Assembly (NCBI GenBank): GCA_021852055.1
Contig: JAJZOD010000002.1
Location: 10,536 to 74,535, forward strand
From: Candidatus Micrarchaeota archaeon
GTDB lineage: Archaea > Micrarchaeota > Micrarchaeia > Micrarchaeales > CABMGC01
Length of the DNA: 64,000 nt
Direction: 5' to 3'
A model generated the notes under the pieces. That model was not told the origin of the DNA, did not search any database, and saw only the letters and a program-made list of their open reading frames with translations. The position numbers and the translations under genes are program-made. Positions 18,907-29,448 of the stretch are shown here, in pieces (the first letter of the stretch is position 1; each line of letters begins with the position of its first letter).

Positions 18907-21435
18907 ATGCAGGCTGAAGTAATCAACTATATAAAATTCGGAATTCTCTCACCTGAAGAGATAAAGAAGATAAGCGTTGCCAAGCTTACTGTGCCAGACA
19001 CATACAACGAAGACGGCTATCCTATAGATGGCGGCCTCCTTGACCAGCGCCTCGGCGTAATAGATCCTGGGCTGATATGCAAGACCTGCGGAGCCCGTGC
19101 AAAGACATGCCCTGGCCACTTCGGCCACATAGAGCTTGTGCGTCCTGTGCTGCATTCTGAATTCTCAAAGGTGCTTTATGCAATACTTCGCTCAACATGT
19201 TTTGAGTGCCATCGCATACTTCTAGATCCGAAGCAGGTTCAGGCGCTTACAGATGCTTCAGATACCGAAACCCAGGAAAATGCAGAGGAAGGCTCCGAGC
19301 AGAGAAGAGAGAAGCACGCAGCAGTAAAATCCGGAAGAAAGTGCCCTTACTGCAAAGCAGTCCAGCCAAAGCTTAAGTTTTCCCAACCAACATACTTCAA
19401 TATAGGCGACAGGCGCCTGAAGCCAGATGAGATACGCGACATGGTTGCAAAGATAAGCAGGGAGGACCTCGAGCTTCTAAACATAGATCCGGAGGTAAGC
19501 AATCCCTCGTGGCTCGTAATAAACTCGCTTCTAGTGCCACCTGTTAACGTAAGGCCATCAATAACTCTTGAATCCGGAGAGAGAAGCGAGGATGACCTCA
19601 CACACAAGCTTGTAGACATAATGAGGATAAACCAGCGTCTTGAACAAAACATCAACGCTGGCGCGCCTCAGATAATCATAGACGACCTGTGGGAGCTTCT
19701 TCAGTATCACGTCACAGCGTACTTCAACAATGAAACATCAGGAATACCTCCTGCAAGGCACAGATCTGGCAGGGCCCTAAAGACGCTTGCGCAGAGGCTG
19801 AAGGGCAAAGAGGGCCGTTTCAGATACAACCTCAGCGGTAAGCGTGTCAACTACTCCGCAAGAACTGTAATAAGCGTCGACCCTTACGTTAATATAGACG
19901 AGGTCGGAGTTCCGAAGGACATAGCATCTAAGCTGACAGTCCCTTTTTATGTAACATTATGGAATCTCGACAAGGCAAAAGAGCTCCTTGCAACAAAAGA
20001 GTATCCTACCATAATAAACATGATAGCGCGCGATGGGAAGAGGAAGCGTGTCCTAGATGCAAACCGCGACGAGCTTCTAAAGGAAATCGCTCCTGGATAT
20101 ATACTTGAGCGCCAACTTGTTGACGGAGACATAGTTCTCTTCAATCGCCAGCCTTCGCTTCACAGGATATCAATAATGGCGCACAAGGTGAAAGTACTGC
20201 CTGGCAAGACATTCAGGATAAATTACTGTACAGCATTGCCTTACAATGCAGACTTTGACGGCGACGAGATGAACCTTCACGTTCCTCAGACTCTTGAGGC
20301 GCAGGCCGAAGCCCGCCTGCTGATGGATGTGCAGTTCCAGATATTCTCCCCAAGAAATGGCGGAGCAATAATAGCCAACAGCGAGGACGGAATAATGGGC
20401 ATGTACGCCCTCACACAGGAAGACAGGCGCTTGACAAAAGACGAGGCGGTGTACCTTCTCAGCCTTGCAGGCATATACAAACTACCGGAGCCTAAAAAAG
20501 ACGGGCTCTACAGCGGTAGAGACATCTTCTCGATGCTGTTGCCAGAGGACTTTAATTTCGAGGACAAAACATCGTATGGGCCTGTCAAGATAAAGAACGG
20601 CAAGCTCATAGAAGGCATAATTACAAAAGATGTTTACGGAAAAGACAACAGCATGTTCATAAAGATGGTTATGGATTATGGTTTTGAGCGCCTTAGGGAT
20701 TTCATATTCACCTCTTCAAAGCTTGCCGATGCGTATGCAACGCTTTCCGGCACAACTGTGGGGGTAAAAGAGTATGCAATAGACGCCGAACTGGAGCAGA
20801 AGCGTGTTGACATAATACAAAATACATTTGCAAAAGTGAACGAGTTCATAGCCCAGTACAAGGCAAAGAAGCTCGAGCCATTTATAGGCTACACGCTGCG
20901 CGAGTCTCTTGAGCGCATAATAATAGCAGAGCTGAACCTTGCAAGGAACAATGCCGGAGACACATTGGTCAAGCACGAAGGCCAGGGCAACAGTGCAGTT
21001 GACATGGCAAAGTCTGGTTCGAGAGGAAACGTGCTTAACCTGGAGCAGATGAGCATGTTCCTCGGGCAGCAGGCAACTCTCAGCGGAGGTCGTATAAAGC
21101 GCGGGTACTACACCAACAGGGTGCTGCCGCACATACCTCCGAACGACATTGCACCTGTATCACGTGGGTTCGTAACAACAAGCTTCTATTCCGGAATGCA
21201 TCCTGTGGAGCTGTTCATGCATGCAGTTGGTTCAAGAGGGTCCGAGGTTTATAAGGCCCTGCTTACAGGAAGGTCAGGTTATCTTTACAGGCGACTGTCG
21301 AATGCCCTGCAGGATTATTATGTGCGCAAAGACCTGAGTGTACGCGATGTAAACAATAATCTTATTCAGACTGTGTACGGCGGAGATGCTATAAGCCCTA
21401 CGCTGTCAAGGTTTGCAAAGTTGGATGGTGAATAA
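18907..21435 (+). CDS. rpoA1: RNA polymerase subunit A'
   Basis: [30 protein letters not shown], catalytic [11 protein letters not shown]. Confidence 0.98.
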   Translation: MQAEVINYIKFGILSPEEIKKISVAKLTVPDTYNEDGYPIDGGLLDQRLGVIDPGLICKTCGARAKTCPGHFGHIELVRPVLHSEFSKVLYAILRSTCFECHRILLDPKQVQALTDASDTETQENAEEGSEQRREKHAAVKSGRKCPYCKAVQPKLKFSQPTYFNIGDRRLKPDEIRDMVAKISREDLELLNIDPEVSNPSWLVINSLLVPPVNVRPSITLESGERSEDDLTHKLVDIMRINQRLEQNINAGAPQIIIDDLWELLQYHVTAYFNNETSGIPPARHRSGRALKTLAQRLKGKEGRFRYNLSGKRVNYSARTVISVDPYVNIDEVGVPKDIASKLTVPFYVTLWNLDKAKELLATKEYPTIINMIARDGKRKRVLDANRDELLKEIAPGYILERQLVDGDIVLFNRQPSLHRISIMAHKVKVLPGKTFRINYCTALPYNADFDGDEMNLHVPQTLEAQAEARLLMDVQFQIFSPRNGGAIIANSEDGIMGMYALTQEDRRLTKDEAVYLLSLAGIYKLPEPKKDGLYSGRDIFSMLLPEDFNFEDKTSYGPVKIKNGKLIEGIITKDVYGKDNSMFIKMVMDYGFERLRDFIFTSSKLADAYATLSGTTVGVKEYAIDAELEQKRVDIIQNTFAKVNEFIAQYKAKKLEPFIGYTLRESLERIIIAELNLARNNAGDTLVKHEGQGNSAVDMAKSGSRGNVLNLEQMSMFLGQQATLSGGRIKRGYYTNRVLPHIPPNDIAPVSRGFVTTSFYSGMHPVELFMHAVGSRGSEVYKALLTGRSGYLYRRLSNALQDYYVRKDLSVRDVNNNLIQTVYGGDAISPTLSRFAKLDGE

Positions 21436-21436
21436 A

Positions 21437-22501
21437 ATGGCAAATACAGTTAATACGTCAAGTAAATATATAGTGGATTACGGTGAGCCTGTGGGCATGA
21501 TAGCCGCGCAATCTCTCGGCGAGCCTGGCACACAGATGATACTCCGGGCGTTCCACTTTGCAGGAATTGAATCGACAATTGCTACTTCAGGACTGCCAAG
21601 GATAGTGGAGCTTGTCGATGCGCGCAAGAAGCCCGAAACTCCCATAACTTACGTCTATCTGGAAGGAGAGTACGCAAAAAACATAAACAAGGCCGAGGTC
21701 GTCCTTAAGAAGATCAGTGAAGTTAAGATGAGCTCTGTAGTGCGTCGCGTTTTAGAAAACTTCTCAAAAGGCATAATAAAACTTGTGCTTGACACGCAGG
21801 CGTTAAAGGCGAATGACCTGACCCCCGGACAGCTCTCCCAAAAGGTCGCAAAAAAGCTTGATGCCGCAACAAAGGTTGATAGCGACGGGAATATACTAAT
21901 AAAACTCAAAACAAAGAAGCTTACCGAGGTGCGCAGCATAAGCGTAAAGCTAATGAAAGACGTAGTCCACGGCGTAGAAGGAGCAGGAAAGGCCATGCTC
22001 CAGAAAGATACAAAGAGCGGCGAGTTTTACATAATTGCAGCAGGCAGCAACACAGAGGGCATAATAGGAATAGAAGGGGTCGACAAGTCAAGGATATATA
22101 CAAATGATGTTTTTGCCATGTACAGGCAGTTCGGCATAGAAGCCGCGCGCAACACACTTGTCCGCGAACTTGTGACAACATTAAAAGAGCAGAAGATAAG
22201 GGTTGACCCCAGGCACCTAATGATTATAGCCGATGCCATGACCTATTCAGGTTTCATAAAAGGCGTAGGCAGACACGGCCTCTCAGGCCAGAAGCAGTCT
22301 GTTTTTGCAAAAGCAGCATATGAAGAGACCGTAAAACACCTGGTAAATGCGGCTGCGTTCAGCGAGATAGACAACATGCGCGGCGTTACAGAAAACATCC
22401 TTGTAGGGAAGCAGATACCTATAGGAACAGGCTCTGTGCATCTTGCCATAAAGAAGGAAGACATGCAGAAGGTCAAGCCAGAATCCAAGCACAAGAAGTA
22501 A
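21437..22501 (+). CDS. rpoA2: RNA polymerase subunit A''
   Basis: [52 protein letters not shown]. Confidence 0.97.
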   Translation: MANTVNTSSKYIVDYGEPVGMIAAQSLGEPGTQMILRAFHFAGIESTIATSGLPRIVELVDARKKPETPITYVYLEGEYAKNINKAEVVLKKISEVKMSSVVRRVLENFSKGIIKLVLDTQALKANDLTPGQLSQKVAKKLDAATKVDSDGNILIKLKTKKLTEVRSISVKLMKDVVHGVEGAGKAMLQKDTKSGEFYIIAAGSNTEGIIGIEGVDKSRIYTNDVFAMYRQFGIEAARNTLVRELVTTLKEQKIRVDPRHLMIIADAMTYSGFIKGVGRHGLSGQKQSVFAKAAYEETVKHLVNAAAFSEIDNMRGVTENILVGKQIPIGTGSVHLAIKKEDMQKVKPESKHKK

Positions 22502-22598
22502 AGCTGGCTGCGTGTGCACAATTCATGCTTAACCATGAAATGCAGAGCTACTTACTCCCTATTTATAATTTTTGCTTTTGATATAATGCCATACGCGT

Positions 22599-23306
22599 GT
22601 GATCCAAGTGAGTAAGACACTTGAAACCAAAAAGAAAATTCTTGACCTTCTTAAAGATAGGGAGATGACAGTAACCGAATTGAGCCAGATTCTCGGCTTA
22701 TCGGGCCCTACGGTAGCACAGCATATCTCAGAGCTTCAGGATATGGGCGCCATAGAAAAAATTGACAGTGAGCACTTCAAAAAGCTTAAATTTTATAAAA
22801 TAAAAGACAATCCCGTATTCTCTACTTCAACTCTATCAAAGCTTCTTCTTGGCATATTGGTAGTTGCTATCATAGGTGCTGTGCTCTATCTATATACGGT
22901 GCATGGCAGCAGTAATCAAAAAAGCACATCAATTCTATATGTAGGAAATAGCATAACTGTAGGAAACCTTACTGTTCATCTTGACAGCATAATACCATAT
23001 AACGGTGTAAGCGTTGCAACTTTCAGCATAGGCAAGCATGGCATACCAGTGAACAAAACAGCCTCGCTAGTTGCAGGAGGTAAGGAAACCTTAAATCTAA
23101 ACGGTACGCAGATAACAATTTCTGTGAGCGAAGTTCACAATAATTCGATCAAAGGGTGGGCAGCAGTAGCCATAAATACGACTGTTGTTACAACAGTCAC
23201 AACAACAGTTGTTTCTACAGTTGTAACTTCGCCTCCAACTACCCCTATGTTGAATAGCACCACTACATTATATCCTCCGGCGCCACCGTCTCTATCTTCC
23301 AATTAA
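22599..23306 (+). CDS. Membrane-anchored ArsR-family regulator (wHTH - TM helix - extracellular beta domain - Thr/Pro tail)
   Basis: ETKKKILDLLKDREMTVTELSQILGLSGPTVAQHISELQDMGAIE (ArsR wHTH); LLLGILVVAIIGAVLYLY (TM); sequons such as NLT, NKT, NGT and NNS occur after the TM. Confidence 0.88.
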   Translation: MIQVSKTLETKKKILDLLKDREMTVTELSQILGLSGPTVAQHISELQDMGAIEKIDSEHFKKLKFYKIKDNPVFSTSTLSKLLLGILVVAIIGAVLYLYTVHGSSNQKSTSILYVGNSITVGNLTVHLDSIIPYNGVSVATFSIGKHGIPVNKTASLVAGGKETLNLNGTQITISVSEVHNNSIKGWAAVAINTTVVTTVTTTVVSTVVTSPPTTPMLNSTTTLYPPAPPSLSSN

Positions 23307-23373
23307 ATCCAACTATGTAGTCAACATTTCTCATTTTACACCATCATTATTAAATTAAGAATCAGTAAACGAG

Positions 23374-23416
23374 AGAAAACCTTAGAAAAACCTTTGAAAT
23401 GCGAAATATATATTAA
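23374..23416 (+). promoter_or_regulatory. Tandem AGAAAA(A)CCTT direct repeats followed by a BRE/TATA-like element
   Basis: AGAAAACCTT AGAAAAACCTT TGAAATGCGAAATATATATTAA, about 40-80 bp upstream of the 23453 start. Confidence 0.45.
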
Positions 23417-23452
23417 TCTGACATATCTAGTATTCGTATCAAATGTGAGTAT

Positions 23453-26400
23453 ATGAGATTACTATACCTAGCGGTTGCCGCTTTTGTTTCTATGATGTTC
23501 ATTGGTATGAGTTTTTCAGCATCAACACCAGTAAATATCTGGGTTGCTAATTACCATAGCAGTACAGTTACACGATTGTCTGATTCCGGTACGGTTCTTG
23601 GTACTTATGCTGTAAACGGCGGACCTGAGGCGATAGCTGTAGATTCAGCAGGCAATGTGTGGGTAGCAACTCAATCTGGCACTGTTGTAAAACTATCAAG
23701 CGCCGGCGTGATACTCGGTACGTATGCTGCAGGCAGAATCCCAGAAAGCATAGCTATAGATCCAAGCGGAAATGTATGGATTGCAGATTGGGGTGCTGGT
23801 GCAAATGGCACTATACTAAAACTATCTAGTTCAGGAGTACCGCTTGGTACCTATGTTGTTGGCAACTATCCGCAAACACTGGCGATAGACAGTCAAGGCA
23901 ATGTATGGGTTGCAACAAACTCCGGCGGAGTAATAAAATTGTCAAACAACGGCACTATACTGGGCAGATATCCAATCAGCTCTGCATGGGGCATAGCAGT
24001 GTCACAAAATGGTGATGTATGGGCGACGGACATAATGGATAACAAGCTAGTCAAATTTTCAAGCAACGGTACAGTTCTCGGAAATTACAGTATAGGAGTA
24101 GCTCCAGAGGATATAGCCATAGACAACAACGGCAATGTATGGGTCACAGACTATATCTCGTCCAATGTGACAGAGCTTTCCAGTAATGGCGTAATATTAG
24201 GCAATTATCCGGTGAATCAATGGCCTGAAGGCATAGCTGTGGATCCAATAAATAATGACATCTGGGTAGCCAACTATGGAAATAATTCTATCAGTGAGCT
24301 TTCAGATACTGGAGCAACACTTAACCTGATCAAAAATCAGCTATCGCCAAATGGTGCAACAATATTGGGTCCCGAAAGCATAGCTATAGGATATCAGCAA
24401 TATCCGACTCAGATTGGTAAAGAGTTATTCACAGGCCAAAATCTAACTTCAGGTCCATGGACTGTTGTACTTAATGGTCTTGGTGCTCCTAATTCATCAG
24501 GAATTGCACCGGCATCTTTTACAATATACTACAATAATTCAGTAGTGAATTATACTTCAATATATCCTGGCGTTTCAGCTGGTAGCACAATTGTGTACAA
24601 TAATCATTTCCTTTTTATTAATCTAACAAAAACCTTCCCTGGTCTGTACTCCTATCAGAAATGGGCGCAGTTATCATTATCCAATTTCAATGTATCTGTG
24701 ACGCCTCAGAGCCTATCTATAAACCAGAGCGCAACTGCGACGTTTACAGTGCATGCATCTGGCGGAAATGGCAATTATATCTATAAGTGGTTCAATGATA
24801 CTGCCCAGGGTGTATCTGCAACAGGCACAATCATGCAGCCATCTGGGGGCACTACAAGTGATATATTCAAGATACTGGGAAGTGCTACTGGCACTTTCTC
24901 ATACTACGTATGTGTGTCCAGCGCATCAGGTGCGTTGCTTCAGAATAGTTCTGTATCGAGCGTATGTGATATAAATCAGCCGACCAGACTTATAGTAACT
25001 CCGGTGAATAAGGCAAATCCTGCAAACGGAACTATATTTATAGGTCAAAGCTTGACATCAGGGCCATGGAAAGTTACACTTGACGGCATTAATATATCCA
25101 ATAAGAGCGGCGTCTATTCAGCTATGCTGTCTGCGTATTTTAATGGTACTTTTGCAGGTGGTCCTTTAGCCAGCAATCCCGATACGGCATCAGAGTGGAT
25201 AAGCGGAAATTCAGCACTTTATGTATATGTTAATCAGGTATTCCCTGGTTTGTACTCCTATCAGAAATGGGCGCAGCTTTCAATAGCAGTCATCAATTCA
25301 ACATCTCCTGGGTCGATAATATTCGTGGGAAACAGCTTAATATTTCCTTATGTAGTAAATAAGCCTGAAGGTCCGTGGAGAATAGTTCTGCAGGACATCG
25401 GGCAATCCAACTCTACGGGTCTGTCTCCAGCATCATTCGCCGTTTATTACGATGGTATCTTGGTCAATGTAACAAGCATCGGAGTAAACAAAGTGGCATC
25501 ATTCAGTTATGAAGGCCATTCAATATCGATAGATCTGTTGCAGACGTTCCCTGGTTTGTACTCCTATCAGAAATGGGCGCAGTTTACTGTTTCAAATGGT
25601 ACAGACCTCTATGTAGGAGGCAGTACTTTGGACGGGCCTTGGAAGATAACGCTTGCAGATCTGGGCTATCCTAACTCAGAGGATGTTTCACCTGCTGCGT
25701 TTATTCTGTATTATAACGGAGCATTTGCATACAATGCGACACTTAATGTGGGCAGAACAGCAACATTTGAACATGGCAACAGTACGCTAAATCTTACAGT
25801 AGTCAAAACCTTCCCTGGCTTATATGCAAACCAGAAATGGGCGCAATTCTATCTGAATCTTACCAACCGAACTCAAACGTTAACTACTACCATACCTCCA
25901 ACGACGATCTCAACGGTACCAACCGAGAATGTGACTATAAACATAAAACCAGGTTGGAACCTGCTTTCCGTGCCATTTGGGCCACAGTCAAATGAAAGTC
26001 TTAACAATATTTACAATGCGTACTATGAACTTGAGAACTCATGCGGTATGGTACAATCTCAGTACAGCAAGGCCATCTGGTTTTACAGTAACTCAAATAA
26101 CACGTATGTATGGCCTAACAGCAATGGCGCGTTTGATAATTATGTGTCTACTGGAATGTTCAATCTTATATCGGGGGTTGTACTAAATAAGGATTTTGGG
26201 TTCTGGTTCCATTCAACAAAACAGTGCCAAATTGAGGATCCTACGTTCCTTTCTAGTGTACTGCAGGCATATAATCAATCGTATACTGAGAATCTTTCTG
26301 CAGGCTGGAACATTATCGGAGTGCCGTTCATTACCAACAGCAGTTTCAAGTCAATTGCGAGTTCCTGCAGCATACGTGGTGCCTTTTATGGATACAACAC

Positions 26401-26530
26401 TGCAACCAATAGCTACTACAATGCAACCACTCCTGCCGTAGGAGAGAGTTATTTCGTTTATGCGAATGCGCCATGCGCTCTTGACTGGATCCCGAGCACG
26501 AATTCAGGCTCTCCTCCGTCAGTTCCATAG
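23453..26530 (+). CDS. Large secreted surface protein: NHL beta-propeller, four FPGLYxxQKWAQ repeat domains, one Ig-like domain and a C-terminal GWNL-repeat domain
   Basis: Signal peptide; repeated PE.IA.D..GNVWVA (NHL); many NxS/T sequons; C-terminal GWNLLSVPF / GWNIIGVPF; ends SGSPPSVP. Confidence 0.9.
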   Translation: MRLLYLAVAAFVSMMFIGMSFSASTPVNIWVANYHSSTVTRLSDSGTVLGTYAVNGGPEAIAVDSAGNVWVATQSGTVVKLSSAGVILGTYAAGRIPESIAIDPSGNVWIADWGAGANGTILKLSSSGVPLGTYVVGNYPQTLAIDSQGNVWVATNSGGVIKLSNNGTILGRYPISSAWGIAVSQNGDVWATDIMDNKLVKFSSNGTVLGNYSIGVAPEDIAIDNNGNVWVTDYISSNVTELSSNGVILGNYPVNQWPEGIAVDPINNDIWVANYGNNSISELSDTGATLNLIKNQLSPNGATILGPESIAIGYQQYPTQIGKELFTGQNLTSGPWTVVLNGLGAPNSSGIAPASFTIYYNNSVVNYTSIYPGVSAGSTIVYNNHFLFINLTKTFPGLYSYQKWAQLSLSNFNVSVTPQSLSINQSATATFTVHASGGNGNYIYKWFNDTAQGVSATGTIMQPSGGTTSDIFKILGSATGTFSYYVCVSSASGALLQNSSVSSVCDINQPTRLIVTPVNKANPANGTIFIGQSLTSGPWKVTLDGINISNKSGVYSAMLSAYFNGTFAGGPLASNPDTASEWISGNSALYVYVNQVFPGLYSYQKWAQLSIAVINSTSPGSIIFVGNSLIFPYVVNKPEGPWRIVLQDIGQSNSTGLSPASFAVYYDGILVNVTSIGVNKVASFSYEGHSISIDLLQTFPGLYSYQKWAQFTVSNGTDLYVGGSTLDGPWKITLADLGYPNSEDVSPAAFILYYNGAFAYNATLNVGRTATFEHGNSTLNLTVVKTFPGLYANQKWAQFYLNLTNRTQTLTTTIPPTTISTVPTENVTINIKPGWNLLSVPFGPQSNESLNNIYNAYYELENSCGMVQSQYSKAIWFYSNSNNTYVWPNSNGAFDNYVSTGMFNLISGVVLNKDFGFWFHSTKQCQIEDPTFLSSVLQAYNQSYTENLSAGWNIIGVPFITNSSFKSIASSCSIRGAFYGYNTATNSYYNATTPAVGESYFVYANAPCALDWIPSTNSGSPPSVP

Positions 26531-28506
26531 GTTGATATAGTGGCAGGGAAGATAATAAAAAAGAGAGATTAAATAAGTTAATATGTCATGTGCTATATGT
26601 ATAATTTTCTTGAATAGGTCTTTGAATGGATGTCTTAAAAGTCAAACCGGTCTTTGTTTCCACGATGTGCATTTTAGCATTTGGGATAGTGTTTGGAAGT
26701 CTTCCAAATTCGTTTCCAAATATTACAATAACTCCAAACTATGTGCAGCTTAACAACACTGGAGGGATTGTCAAATTTACTGGAACAGTTTCCCCAAGAG
26801 TAACCGGCCAAAATCTGAGCAATTTTACTTATCATTGGTTGATTAATGTCAATAACAATCCTAATTTGATTGCCGTGAGTGGCTGTGAGGTTAACGAAGT
26901 TAATTGTACTGTTTCAGTGCCATTAACTTCCAAAACAACTTATTTCTTCTTGCAATTGTATGCACAAAATAAGACTGGTACTACTGCAGGTCCATCTTCA
27001 GAAATACTAGAAAAGATCAATAGCTCTCAATCTATATCTCAACCTCTTTCAATTCCTACACCAACACTTAGTAGGTCTACAATAACTGTTGGCGAATCAA
27101 ATCAAACATATACAGTAAATGATATCGGCGCATCGGGAGGAACTCCACCGTATTCTTATGAAGTACTAATGAATGAATCCCCTCTCGGTTCTTCCCCCGG
27201 TTCAAAGTTTTTCCCAGCTGTTGGATTCTCGTCAAACCCTAATCTTACCATAACTGAGTTTACCCAAGCTAGTCCTGGTATAGATACATTTAAGGTTCTT
27301 GTTAAAGACAGCACCGGAACAGAAGTAACATCAGCTCCAGTATATCTAAATCTGCTGGCTTATCAAGGATCTGCACTTTCGATTTCACAACCATATGCGA
27401 GTTCTACGGCTGTACAGGTAAATAATAGTATTACTATAAATGACAGTGGAGCTTCTGGCGGTACAAGCCCATACCGTTATGAATTACTTGGAGTTTTAGC
27501 TCCAAATTCAATCTATCAAGTCGCAAGACCGTTTTCTCCTTCATCAAGTTTCACAGTTGTTCCATCTTTAGTTGGAACATATATCTTTAAAGTAGTTGCA
27601 GAGGACAGTTTAGGAGCAGAAATAAACTCATCACCATTATATATCAACGTAACAAAATTCCCTCCAGGAAAAACACCAGTCCAAACATACGTGTGTATTT
27701 CTGGTAACTGTACGTTTACTCCATATTCGCCTTATTCCTCCTGCATAACGCCATCTAGTGGTTATTACTCTTCAGAGTCCGCATTAGTTATAAGTGCAGA
27801 GCCGACATGTGATGGTTATAAATTTATAGGTTGGACTACAGTAAACGGATCTGTCGGCAACGGTGGATATTCAGGTTCTAACTTAAATACTACAATAACT
27901 CCATCTAGTGACGGTATTATTGAGTTTGCACAATACTCAAATATAACAAATTCTTCAACAACATCTCCTGGGTCGATACTATTCGTGGGAAACAGCTTAA
28001 TATTTCCTTACGTCGTAAATAAGCCTGAAGGTCCGTGGAGAATAGTTCTGCAGGACATCGGGCAATCCAACTCTGCGGGTCTGTCTCCAGCATCATTCGC
28101 CGTTTATTACGATGGTATCTTGGTCAATGTAACAAGCATCGGAGTAAACAAAGTGGCATCATTCAGTTATGAGGGCCATTCAATATCGATAGATCTGTTG
28201 CAGACGTTCCCTGGTTTGTACTCCTATCAGAAATGGGCGCAGTTTACTGTTTCAAATGGTACAGACCTCTATGTAGGAGGCAGTACTTTGGACGGGCCTT
28301 GGAAGATAACGCTTGCAGATCTGGGCTATCCTAACTCAGAGGATGTTTCACCTGCTGCGTTTATTCTGTATTATAACGGAGCATTTGCATACAATGCGAC
28401 ACTTAATGTGGGCAGAACAGCAACATTTGAACATGGCAACAGTACGCTAAATCTTACAGTAGTCAAAACCTTCCCTGGCTTATATGCAAACCAGAAATGG
28501 GCGCAA
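24635..28506 (+). repeat. 36-bp dispersed in-frame repeat TTCCCTGGTTTGTACTCCTATCAGAAATGGGCGCAG (6 copies)
   Basis: Copies start at 24635, 25241, 25547, 25811, 28207 and 28471; they encode FPGLYSYQKWAQ or FPGLYANQKWAQ. Confidence 0.9.
25299..26493 (+). repeat. 1.2-kb direct repeat, copy 1
   Basis: Matches 27959-29153 (offset 2660); five substitutions seen, all in the first ~215 bp. Confidence 0.95.
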
Positions 28507-29190
28507 TTCTATCTGAATCTTACCAACCGAACTCAAACGTTAACTACTACCATACCTCCAACGACGATCTCAACGGTACCAACCGAGAATGTGACTATAA
28601 ACATAAAACCAGGTTGGAACCTGCTTTCCGTGCCATTTGGGCCACAGTCAAATGAAAGTCTTAACAATATTTACAATGCGTACTATGAACTTGAGAACTC
28701 ATGCGGTATGGTACAATCTCAGTACAGCAAGGCCATCTGGTTTTACAGTAACTCAAATAACACGTATGTATGGCCTAACAGCAATGGCGCGTTTGATAAT
28801 TATGTGTCTACTGGAATGTTCAATCTTATATCGGGGGTTGTACTAAATAAGGATTTTGGGTTCTGGTTCCATTCAACAAAACAGTGCCAAATTGAGGATC
28901 CTACGTTCCTTTCTAGTGTACTGCAGGCATATAATCAATCGTATACTGAGAATCTTTCTGCAGGCTGGAACATTATCGGAGTGCCGTTCATTACCAACAG
29001 CAGTTTCAAGTCAATTGCGAGTTCCTGCAGCATACGTGGTGCCTTTTATGGATACAACACTGCAACCAATAGCTACTACAATGCAACCACTCCTGCCGTA
29101 GGAGAGAGTTATTTCGTTTATGCGAATGCGCCATGCGCTCTTGACTGGATCCCAAATGCTGGTTCAGGTTCCCCACCTTCTACTCCATAG
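26626..29190 (+). CDS. Large secreted surface protein: Ig-like domains plus the same ~400-aa C-terminus as 23453-26530
   Basis: Signal-like N-terminus; GASGGTPPYSY / GASGGTSPYRY Ig-like repeats; near-identical C-terminal region; ends SGSPPSTP. Confidence 0.9.
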   Translation: MDVLKVKPVFVSTMCILAFGIVFGSLPNSFPNITITPNYVQLNNTGGIVKFTGTVSPRVTGQNLSNFTYHWLINVNNNPNLIAVSGCEVNEVNCTVSVPLTSKTTYFFLQLYAQNKTGTTAGPSSEILEKINSSQSISQPLSIPTPTLSRSTITVGESNQTYTVNDIGASGGTPPYSYEVLMNESPLGSSPGSKFFPAVGFSSNPNLTITEFTQASPGIDTFKVLVKDSTGTEVTSAPVYLNLLAYQGSALSISQPYASSTAVQVNNSITINDSGASGGTSPYRYELLGVLAPNSIYQVARPFSPSSSFTVVPSLVGTYIFKVVAEDSLGAEINSSPLYINVTKFPPGKTPVQTYVCISGNCTFTPYSPYSSCITPSSGYYSSESALVISAEPTCDGYKFIGWTTVNGSVGNGGYSGSNLNTTITPSSDGIIEFAQYSNITNSSTTSPGSILFVGNSLIFPYVVNKPEGPWRIVLQDIGQSNSAGLSPASFAVYYDGILVNVTSIGVNKVASFSYEGHSISIDLLQTFPGLYSYQKWAQFTVSNGTDLYVGGSTLDGPWKITLADLGYPNSEDVSPAAFILYYNGAFAYNATLNVGRTATFEHGNSTLNLTVVKTFPGLYANQKWAQFYLNLTNRTQTLTTTIPPTTISTVPTENVTINIKPGWNLLSVPFGPQSNESLNNIYNAYYELENSCGMVQSQYSKAIWFYSNSNNTYVWPNSNGAFDNYVSTGMFNLISGVVLNKDFGFWFHSTKQCQIEDPTFLSSVLQAYNQSYTENLSAGWNIIGVPFITNSSFKSIASSCSIRGAFYGYNTATNSYYNATTPAVGESYFVYANAPCALDWIPNAGSGSPPSTP
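27959..29153 (+). repeat. 1.2-kb direct repeat, copy 2
   Basis: See 25299-26493; identical off-frame ORFs (69 and 81 aa) in both copies of the ORF track support the identity. Confidence 0.95.
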
Positions 29191-29199
29191 GTTGATAAA

Positions 29200-29448
29200 A
29201 TGAACAAAGGAATAATGGCAGGAATTGTGATTGTGGTGATAATAATCGTAGCTGCGATTGCATACCTTCTGATGACGAAGTCTCATGTGCAGGCAGCAAC
29301 TAACAGCACAGCTACTACTTCAGCGCCTAAAACAACAGTTTCTGCACATACAACTACTATTGCCACAAATGCAACGCAATCAGTCCAGATAAATAGCTCA
29401 TCCGGGGTAACATCTCCGCCGCCGCCGCCGCAGCTTCCGCCGCAGTAG
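29200..29448 (+). CDS. Small membrane-anchored Thr/Ser-rich protein with poly-Pro tail
   Basis: GIMAGIVIVVIIIVAAIAYLLM TM, Thr-rich stalk, ends SPPPPPQLPPQ; GGTTGAT upstream. Confidence 0.8.
   Translation: MNKGIMAGIVIVVIIIVAAIAYLLMTKSHVQAATNSTATTSAPKTTVSAHTTTIATNATQSVQINSSSGVTSPPPPPQLPPQ

Noticed and set aside
24635-28506. 36-bp repeats as a CRISPR array
   Set aside because: Spacing is 264 bp to over 2 kb, all copies are in frame within ORFs, and no cas genes or leader are present.
25299-29153. Diversity-generating retroelement TR/VR pair (4 of 5 differences are at A in copy 1)
   Set aside because: Only five changes in 1.2 kb, three of them synonymous; both copies are coding; no reverse transcriptase in the window.
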